From Tubulanus polymorphus (lineage: Eukaryota; Animalia; Nemertea): a DNA stretch of 64,000 nt. The DNA lies in the NCBI RefSeq assembly GCF_964204645.1, contig NC_134031.1, positions 15,425,807-15,489,806 of the forward strand. Reading direction: 5' to 3'. Under the pieces are notes generated by a model. It saw nothing but the letters and a program-made list of their open reading frames with translations. It had not been told where the DNA came from and did not search any database. Each line of letters begins with the position of its first letter. The first letter of the stretch is position 1. The translations under genes were made by a program, and so were the position numbers. Shown piece by piece: positions 54,296 through 64,000 of the stretch.

Positions 54296-57200
54296 TCAAA
54301 TGATGTCCGTCTCTTCGAGGTCGACAGAATTGACCGATGTGAACGGACTAGACGGCGGACTGTCCGAGCTGAGCTTATGCATGTGGATACCCGAATCGGA
54401 GCTGCACGAATCGTGGCGATCGTTATAATCCTGCAAGAGAACGTAACCGCAAACATATGAAATTCGCGAGAAAAGAAATGAAGAATAAGAATATGAATAA
54501 CAATAGAACGGTCCAAGCGTTTGTTCCAACGATACCTGCCCCGTACAAGGTGCAGGTCGTTTTTAAAGTATCAGCAATGTACACGAATCGAAAAATGTTT
54601 ACAACAGTATGTACCTACTTCCAATGATATGTTAGGTGATATGGTTACTCCTTTTACTCTCATCAGAGGACTTCGCCTTCCCGTCGTCGGTGTCGTAGGT
54701 GTATCGGTCGATGTGGTATTTACTAGGGGAGCCAGCAAACTCTGAGGTTGAGCTACCTGACCGCTGCTGCTGGTTTGAACGGCCGCCTTTTCGGCCGACT
54801 GGCCGGCCAGACAGGTGAGCGGGATTTTGTAGATATTCAACGGCTGGTCGGTCGTGGCTGTCGGAATGAATACTAGATCGTGTATAAAGAGAACAACAGA
54901 GAAACGACATATAATTACGGGACAACATAGCACCGATAAAGGCTTCATAATCGGTAATTCATCAATTGACTCAAAAGTTTATAAAGACCTGTTTTCATAA
55001 GAATTTTCCACTTTTTATTGATATTTTATACTCAGTTCCACAGTTCTCAGTTAAAGTCTACGTTATCGGTAATTAATCAATGGATTTTATCAAAAATCTA
55101 TAAAAATTTCTCTTTACGAGAATTTTTCATTTTTACTGACATTCTATACTCAGTTCCACAGTTCTGAGTTAGATTCTACATTATCGGTAATTCATCATTT
55201 GATATTATCAATATTTATAAAAACTAGTCTTTGCGAGAATTTTCCATTTTTACAGACATTCTATAATCAGTTCCACAGTTCTGAGTTAGATTCTACATTA
55301 TCGGTAATTCATCATTTGATATTATCAATATTTATAAAAACTAGTCTTTGCGAGAATTTTCCATTTTTACAGACATTCTATACTCAGTTCCACAGTTCTG
55401 AGTTAGATTCTACATTTTCGGTAATTCATCAATTGATGTTATCAAAAATTTATAAAAACTAGTCTTTACGAGAATTTTCGATTTTTTACTGACATTCTAT
55501 ACTCAGTTCCACAGTTCTAAGTTAGATTCTACATTTTCGGTAATTCATCAATTGATTCTATCAAAAATTTATAAAGACTAGTCTTTCCCATTTTTACTGA
55601 TATTCTTACTCAGTTCCACATGTATGAGTTAAATTTGACACTATAGAGATAAAACATTGTAAATGAACTGACTTCAACTCTAAAACTAACAACCGCGGAA
55701 CCGGACCCAAGAGTTTACAACAACAACAAAAAAAACACATCTAAAACCGCATCGTTCTAACGCGCGGTTTTCTATCGGTCAGCTAACATCGAGCGAGCGA
55801 CAAAACTAATTGACATATCGTACCTGATGGGGAGGGTGGCGGTGAGAAAGAACTAGAATTCGTGTCGCGTCGCTCTGAATACATGTTGCATTTACACGTT
55901 TCTGTCGGACTGTAACTTCGCGTATTGTGAGCAGATGAAGCGAAATAAATGTCGCACTGAAACACAAGACGTTTGAATAAATATATAAGTCTATTCGATT
56001 CCTAACTTGTCGTTTACAGTATGGACTCCGCCCAAGTTGGGTCCGATCAAATCCGGTGTTTTTTTAAACATTCGTTTGCGACACATGTGTAAAATACATT
56101 AGAAAAAAAAACTGGCATATCACTCAGGTCGGATGCATTTTTACGGTCCCAAAAGATCCGACTCGAGCGAAGTCGACCGGTATAAGACTTTCCTCGGAAT
56201 GGCGGCTTCAGAATAAACCCCCTACCTTAGATGTGATTAAGAATAGTTTTGGCATGGTCATCGTGTTGACTAGATTGCCGTTTATGATCAGTCGAATTTC
56301 TATCGTATCCGGTGTAAACGCCATTATGTACGGGAAAGCGCACACTGAAATATAACGCTTAATTATTCATTGAACGTTCATCACTTTTCCTTCGTTTCTG
56401 AGAATTATCAATTACTGACCTATTCCTTGCGGCTGCGGGGCCGAATTCCACAGAAAATCGAACTCTTCCGAGCTTTGATCGTTTAGTTTTTGGAAATGAC
56501 TGACGTCTGAAAATGATAAACGTATATATATTTTTTTGATAATCAGTTGATCATCGCAGTTGAGCCATTATTACGAACGACCGTCCGTCGCACGGTCAGC
56601 CGATAGTAGGTAGGTCTACTTACGATTATAACACAATAACAATTCTGGTTCATCATCTTCATAGATATCGATAGCTGATACTAGATTTATCTGAAAATGA
56701 TCAATGTTTATCACATCATAAATCATATCAATAGTTACCATCAAAGAAGGTCATAGGCCTATTTAAAGGCAGCCTCTTGGTTATGATATTTAGATTCCTT
56801 TGTGGTCTTGGTACTTATAGTATGATGATATGATATGATATGATTTATTTGCATAAAAGATTGTTACAGAGTTTACAAATGAATACACAATATATGGAAA
56901 ACAATGTACCAATAAATTATGCGAGGAATTAGGAGAAGCCAAAGTTGGCTTAATCTAGTCCTAATCCCTCGTCCATACACTCTCACATACACACAGACAT
57001 ATACACCAATTCACATTCATTCCTAGTTTACCAAACAAACCAAATATACATAATATACATAGACAATTGCAGATAAAGTAATGTGGCACGTTATAAAAGA
57101 TTACACAGATAATTAATAAGTGGAACGAAGATAACGCTGAAGCTGAATTTTGAAGTTGGATATCGAGTCTAGATATTTTAATTTCTCTGGTAAACTATTC

Positions 57201-60200
57201 CAGAATTTCGCTCCTTGAATTTTCATAGATGTATACTTGTATTTAGATTTAGCAAATTCTATTGATAAGGCCATAGGCCTGCGACTAAAACGAAGATTTT
57301 GGGTGTTCCTGAGAATGAAAAAATCTTTGAAAATAGTCGGTAATAAAAGGTTGATACTTAAGAAGGCAAGCGATCCAATTTGATGTCTGTAAATGTCATC
57401 CAGTTTAAGAATTTCTAATTTCCTGAAAATCGGGGATGTATGTTCAAGCCAATCTGAACGAGTGATTATCCGAAGGGCTTTTTTCTGAAGGATGTATAAT
57501 GGTTGCAAATAAATTTTACAGGCATTTCCCCAATAGTACCTCTCTTAACTCGTTCTTTATGAGTGCGCCGCTATGCAATAAGTCCTAATTATGTCTCACA
57601 GTTTTGTCTAATAGAACGATAACCACACTCAAACGTGGGGAACGGATAATAAGATAAAAACCCACTATCTACAAATTAAAAGAATTTAAAAACAAGAATT
57701 TATTTATTAAATCTAAAATATATATAAGACACGACGATTATAAAGATATATAAGACACGATTTTCTGACACACCTGACGATGATCTCTAGGGTGAGATCG
57801 AAACGTCGTGTCTTATATTTATTTTAGATTTGATAAATAAATTCTTGTTTTTAAATTCTTTTAATCTGTAGATAGTGGGTTTTTATCTTATTTGTCTAAT
57901 AGTTTCTATAAAAGAGTTTTTCTCTCGCTGTTGTTGGAAATACTAGTGCTCTTTGTGTCCATTTTTGCGCACTTTTAAGTTGCCCTGATAAGATTATCAT
58001 TTATCATTATTTAGATACATTTGTTTTAGATATAATGTTTGGATACATTAACCATCGGAATTTGGATAACTATCAGAACGGAGTTGAATTGTATTGATAG
58101 TTCAAGACAGTTTTACTAACTTTGGCCGAATCGACGTGGTGTAGCTGTATAGTGTCTCCGTTCTTTTCGTTGATCAAGTCAAATTGATGTTTGTATCCGA
58201 CGCAGATTTGATTATCGCCCCTGGGTCCGTCTATCAACGTCAGCAACTGCGGTGGCTCCAGCGCCGACAACTCCTTTAAACAAATTGACAAAGCTAATGA
58301 AATGACTTTCGCGAAAGTTAACCAAACGCGGGTGCGCGTCACTGCGAGCTTAAATGTCAATAAGACTAATTGAAATATTGCCTTTTTTATTCTAACTTTT
58401 TAAGAAAACGAACCGACAACGTTTCCGATTTTAATTCATAGCTGTTGGTTCTGTTAGTCATCAGACAAAACAACGACGTAATTCGCTCACGTACGATACG
58501 GTGACATTTTCGAAACGGATTCTTACCCGAATGAACTGAAACCCTTCGGCGGTTTCATTATCGGTAGGCTGGCACCAAGCCGACCAGGCTACGGAGTGCT
58601 TCCATGCGTACAGCAAGATTCGTTTGCCGAGTGCCACAGCCAGCCGCAAGTGACTGCCCGATGGCCGACTCACTGCGTACGATTGACAACCTGAAACATT
58701 TTTGAATGATAATAGTAATGATTATAATAATAATCATTATAACAATAAGACTTCATTTCAGATACTAGGGTCCAAAGAAATCATAACGGATTGAATTTTA
58801 CATACATATTTGTTGATTACATAAAATTTAGTACTATACGCCTTTAAAGATGCACGGAACATATGTCATATACCAGGTCCGTGCCGAGCTTTTGTGAGGG
58901 GCAGTTCTATTTCAAGAAAAAGGTTTTTTTCACCGTTAAACGGGTCACTTTCTAATTGAATAAGGGCTAAACCTAAATATGAAGTGCCCGGGTACCTGAA
59001 TAAATCATTTGAGAATGGGTTACTTTACATGAAAATCGTATCCAAATTTCTAAAAATCTTGACCAAAAATTATTTTTACAATTTTTTTGAAGGGCACAAA
59101 AATTATATGAGGTTCGTTTGCTACCCCGAACCCCCTCGGCACGGGCCTGTATACTATTGATTAGATTTTGTAAACTGAATTCTGCCAAAAAATGAATAAC
59201 TTCAATTAAATGAAGAGTTAAATTTGTTATTTCAGAATTTCATCGCTTAGATGTATCTAATTTATTTCTGCTTCTGTCGAGTAAGCGGAATTCTACGCAA
59301 GTTCTCTTTTTAAGTTGATCCAATTTACCTCTGGTCTTTTCAATTTTGTGCTCTTTACAGTCGGGTTTCGAGCGAACGCAATCTTCGTACATTTCTCCTT
59401 CGAAATCGGTCAACCGAAACACGTGCACTTTGCAGTCCTTCCCTGCAAGAGAGAAAATTAGGAATATTTACCCAAGCAGTAGACTTTATGGATTAGGTTG
59501 CGCAGGAAGCAGTTCTCCGGGGGAGGATTTGCCACCGACCTTTGTCGGCACGGAAAATGAGCAGCCCGTGAGCTTCTATCACATTAAGTTGTTTGATGAC
59601 GACTGTGCGATCGAATATCATTCGCGGAGCCAGATCCTCTTCTAATACGAATGTTCCAGCCGTGGTAGCTATGATAAGCTTATCTCCTATAACGAAAACA
59701 GCGGACAGAAATTACCTCAAATTCAATTTACGCATGATCGACGTGACTACAAGTCATCAAAAGGTTATACGCAGTTTATATACGGAGATGCGTGTTTCGT
59801 GGCATCCTCCCCCGGCAGGGATTCGAACCTGATGGCATCGAGATTGCCACGGCACGAAACCCTGCCATAATCGACCGTGTGCGCAGATACATGCGCAGTT
59901 CAGATGATGTGATTTTTAGCCAATCGGAAATCCCGTTTTATTTTAGCCCGGGTTTTCCCATTTATAGTTCTTCCTTGAAACTTGCCTCAACGATTATACA
60001 ACGAGCAATCTGATTGGTGCCGCCAGTTTTCGTTCGGAAAGCTGCGCATGTACCTGCGCACCCGGTCTACTGATGCAGGGGTTCGTGCCGTGGCTGAGTG
60101 TAGCGATGCCATCAGGTTCGAGTCCCTGCAGAGGGAGGATGGTTTCGTGGACCATGCATATCGTTTTATTACGTATAGCTTCATCGAAGCGCATTGTCCG

Positions 60201-62769
60201 ATCCCCTCAGAACTGGTCGACGTTCTTATTATAACTCGGAAGAAATACGTAGATAAGCAATGAGATTGAAACCCGCTGACACAAATTTGAAAGATTAGAA
60301 AAATTAGAAATTAATCTAGGCAGAAATTAAAATCGGAAGACACGAACCAATTTCCGAATAGCCTCTCCAGAAAACTTAATATCTATTCTAGACGTTATTC
60401 TACTTGTATGCGGATATGTGTTACATTATCAGAATCGGATCTGTGAGAATCTAATGCTTTTTTAATGACTTCATTCTATCAAAAATGTATATGTTTAAGA
60501 CTTTTCTTATATCTATGCGTAGATATCAAGGTCGTAGCGCGGATATCAACCCGCGTACTGATCGGGCCCATAAATGAAGCTATATCTTCTCCGTCAATGG
60601 AAACGGTATGAAACGAGCACGCGCGTCGACAAAATAATTACCGACTGAACATGCGAATTAACGTACGGTGAATAAGTAATCTAGTTACCCCAGGAGTCAC
60701 CGCAGATAATTTCGTGTTGGAAATCGTGATGAAAACAGTGCGGTTCCCAAGGCTGAAATAGAACGGAAAACAGTTGTTTATATCGTAGTCAGCCAAGTGT
60801 ACCAGTTCGCGTACAAGAGCGTCAAATGGAGTTCTCACCTCGCGTTTCAGTAATCCTGTAGTTATCATACTCGTTGGCGCGTCTCCTTTTAAGATTGTTT
60901 TGAGCTTAAGAGCCTGCAGAAAGGTGTCGAAATAAACCGTTAAACTAATTACATTTGATATATCTCATTAATAAAACAGCTCCAGTACGCCAGGAGCACT
61001 CTCAAGGAAGAGAATTTAACACCCCGCGAATTTCTGAGAAATATTTTGCCGTATGATATACTCGCCTTCATAAACAACATGAAAACCAACCTACCTGACC
61101 AATGCGCACGAATTCTAAATGCCTCGCCTCTTCTTTTCTTCGTGAGCCGTGTTGGATATCTGGTATCACGTCGCTGAAAGCCCTTCGGTTTATCATGTTA
61201 TTCTAGCGGAAATTCAAGAAAAAACTTATGCCGTACCAATTTCAGCTAATAACATTTCACAGGATGAAAAAAACATAGCGCTCAGCATCTCTCCACTCAC
61301 CTTACTGATTTCCGGCATATACTCTTGGTATAAGTTTTTGATCAGCATGTCCAGAGTCCTTTCTCGTTTTTGAGCAAACACAGGAGTATTAAAGGCAGCC
61401 TTCTCGCCGTTAATCACTACAAGATAAGAACGACATTTGAAACCGTCTCGCATAATCAGAAGCCGTTAATAATTTCTCAGCGGGGGCTGGTTTTTATTGT
61501 AATAACACTGATCTGAACATCTAAGCCTTCTTGTCAGTCCCCGTTTAACCTTAATTTAAAGAAAAACTATATTTTCATCGCATTTTAGAGGCTGCATTGT
61601 GAGATCAGAACTCTAATACGCGCGGTCTATCAAACAGATTCAACATGCAATATGTTGTTTTTGCCAATGACAAGGGATATGGTTACCTACAGACAGAATT
61701 AATCCCCAACTTGGGGATTAAAATCATTTGCTAAATCAAACGTACCGAACGTCCAGTCTCGCGAGACGATTTTTATCCGCGGTAACCGCGCACGCAACGG
61801 TTAGGTTTTTAACCCAGGGTTTGAAATACCTCACGCGGATAAGCCGACTTGAAAAACATCTAAACAGAGCGTTGCAATGTCCGCCTAGTTGACGATCGTG
61901 TACTTTCTAGTTTTAACCAATCAGAAATGAGCACATATTCGATGAAAATCCGTGCTCATTTTTGTGTTCGAAACTACGGCGTTTTTCTCAACTGCTGAAC
62001 TTTAAGCCGATTTTTTAAGTGACGCAACAGAAGACACGCGCAGTACGAGCTCGGCGTCGTAAGTGCCATTATCGCTGACAATCGCTAAAAGGTTTTCCTG
62101 TTGCGCGCGTACTCAAAACCGCCAGAAACTTCGCCGAAGGATACGACTGAGGGCGGCTAAAGTTTCAGTCGGATATACCACTGACATATCGAGAATCGAC
62201 AAGGCAATCACTGTCTGCTGTGAGAAAGAAAATAGCGAAAACCTATTAAGGGACCAACAAGTGGCGCGGCTGTATCGAATTTCCATGAATGAATAATAAA
62301 TTAAGAAGGGGGAGTGCTCGGTGAATGTTGTGTCCAGATTTCCTAAACGTCCAGTACAGTGTCCTACAGCGTCCACGTCATCTTGCATTTCAGGTGATTC
62401 TAATTACCTCAAACAATTAATTCATACGACAATCTCGAAACAGCGGACGCTTCAAATTGAATTACGTACGTAAATGACGCCTGTCAAGGCACCCGGGGCA
62501 GCGGAGATTGTTATGAACCCCTGTAATCTCCCAGACGTGCTGCGTCTGGCGTTGACATTTTCGTTTCGGCGAGTTGCAACGGGCTTTAGCTCGATTAGAC
62601 GCGCTGACTGGCCGTACGCGACATGGCGAAAAGAGAGATAAAACATTTGCTCCGCGACTTACGTTTGACTAGGAGAAAATCTCTGAATTCCTGGTGATTA
62701 TAAAACACTGGCGGTGACGGTAGAGGAGGTCCGAACAACGGCACCGATTCTTCGCTGTAAACGTTTAAT
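54296..62769 (-). CDS. GARNL3: GARNL3-like RapGAP + CNH protein, 3' part (5' exons outside the window or not recognised); exons 62769-62663, 61416-61301, 61202-61095, 60913-60839, 60752-60689, 59686-59540, 59442-59329, 58690-58527, 58273-58121, 56690-56624, 56506-56420, 56344-56226, 55956-55824, 54872-54619, 54430-54296
   Basis: RapGAP end (SEESVPLFGPPLP...EFRDFLLVKLINGEKA...FAQKRERTLDMLI), ALKLKTILKGDAPT, then a CNH domain (VFRL..F, KIEKTRGC, ICVGYKHQFDLINE, AFPYIMAFT...EIRL); phases are compatible. Confidence 0.88.
54950..55630. repeat. Intronic minisatellite, ~117-bp unit x ~5.7
   Basis: tcggtaattcatca... recurs at ~54951, 55066, 55184, 55301, 55418, 55537. Confidence 0.92.
56820..57535 (-). 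mobile_element. CR1/L2-group LINE 3' fragment with (ATCAT)n tail
   Basis: ORF 57508-57113 (LQKKALRII...HTSPIF...WNSLP); tail repeats at ~56822-56845. Confidence 0.8.
57648..57892. mobile_element. Penelope-like palindromic terminal remnant
   Basis: ~88-bp inverted arms (57648-57735 / 57805-57892) enclosing a hammerhead core. Confidence 0.7.
57767..57812 (+). ncRNA. Minimal type I hammerhead ribozyme motif
   Basis: gacacac-CTGACGA-t-gatctc(tagggt)gagatc-GAAAC-GTC/gtgtc: intact core, 6-bp stem II, stem I, rudimentary palindromic stem III. Confidence 0.65.
59803..60141. mobile_element. MULE-like MITE with 9-bp TSD and tRNA-box-like TIRs
   Basis: gtttcgtgg at 59794-59802 and 60142-60150; ~60-bp imperfect TIRs containing GGTTCGARTCC. 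Confidence 0.8.
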
Positions 62770-64000
62770 CTGCAACGAGGGAAATGCCTTATCAAAAAAA
62801 AAATGTCACGCGATTACTTAAATTCTGCTCAATCGCTTTTTATGTCCGTAATAGATCGTTTATGTCAATGATAGGATAGGCACAATCGAACGTGGAGAGA
62901 AGACGATATGATGAAAACCACTATTTACAGATTGGAATAAACCATTTTACAGTTGCTAGCCGCCATTTTGTTAGGGTACTTTTGCCCCGTATTGTTGGGT
63001 CATTTTTTTCCCTTTTTAAAAAACCCTCCGTGATGTGTATTGTATCATATTTCATCTGCCCATGGATGGATTTTGACAGTTTCAGCAACATTCAAACCGC
63101 ATAAATCTCTAGTTTTCAGTTATGTAAAAATCATTTCTCAAATTTACAACAATGCGACATGAGAGCGATATAAAAATCGGTGGTCAGTTTTTGCCGTGCG
63201 CATAGAAATCAAGGGTACTGATATTTGAAGTTCGTTATTTTCAGAAATAATTTTCTAAAAAATCCAAACATTTCAAGAACTGTGCGCATAAACACCCTCT
63301 TTCAGGTGAACTTTGAAATTTTAAGATATCTTTCCTAGTTTTTTTCCTATGGCACTTTAACTGCAGCGCGTGTATTGTCATTCCGAGATTCGGCGCTGTT
63401 TTCTTTGCGTGTATTTCAGTATATGGGTGTTATTTCTTCATTTTCACTACACTTGTCTCTACGGAAAATGGTTTTAATTGTTGGTACGAGTATCAGGTTT
63501 AAATATCACGTCGTTTATGCAATATAATAGGTCGAAGACATTAGAGATGTTGGGGTTTAAGGGATTTTTCTGACCAGTTTTAGCAGCGAGACTGAGCGGC
63601 ATTTTGATCACGCATTCGAAGTTGCGCGCGGGAAGAGAATATATGGGCCTATATTGAGATGGAAGAAGAAAAGAAATATATCACTCAAAATCGAGTATGA
63701 TGACCATTTAAATCAGTAGTCTATCAATAAATTTACATAAAAATCTACTGAAATTAGATGGATGGAGAAGTGGTCAAAAAGCTGGACAAATGGGGTGGGG
63801 CAAATATTCAGCTACTTTCTATGAATACTTTGTATTAAGTACACACAAGATTGATTAGATTGGGAAGAAAATATAGGAAAATGTTTTCTTGTTTTGGTGG
63901 TGAAATATCAAGTATCAAGTTCGAATGTCAGACGCACGTGATAAAAAGTAAAAAGTGACATCTACCATCACAAAAACGCAAGAAGTGTGTGGATTGCATT

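Overview
AT-rich, intron- and repeat-rich eukaryotic (animal, probably lophotrochozoan invertebrate; inference) genomic DNA. No CRISPR array, rRNA or tRNA gene was found. Left to right: (1) two tandem 4-exon beta-tubulin genes (- strand) encoding apparently identical 446-aa proteins with near-identical exons but diverged introns; (2) a foldback element carrying an array of E2F-site-like palindromes, inserted in a decayed LINE; (3) a decayed, intron-containing HMGXB3/KDZ-type transposase; (4) a 19-coding-exon TDRD5/Tejas-like gene (+ strand, 1219 aa as I splice it) with four LOTUS-like domains, one extended Tudor domain, a Q/N-rich tail and a terminal PAM2-like motif; (5) a tandem cluster of single-exon rhodopsin-class peptide-type GPCRs (3 intact, 1 nonsense pseudogene, 1 fragment), with spacers containing LINEs, a DINE-1-like element and a hairpin-ended, virus-like small ORF cassette; (6) the 3' part of a GARNL3-like RapGAP-CNH gene (- strand). 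Many MITEs, two Penelope-type palindromic remnants with hammerhead-ribozyme cores, a minisatellite and microsatellites are interspersed. Gene models were spliced by eye from GT/AG sites and frame continuity; family calls rest on recalled motifs, not database searches.
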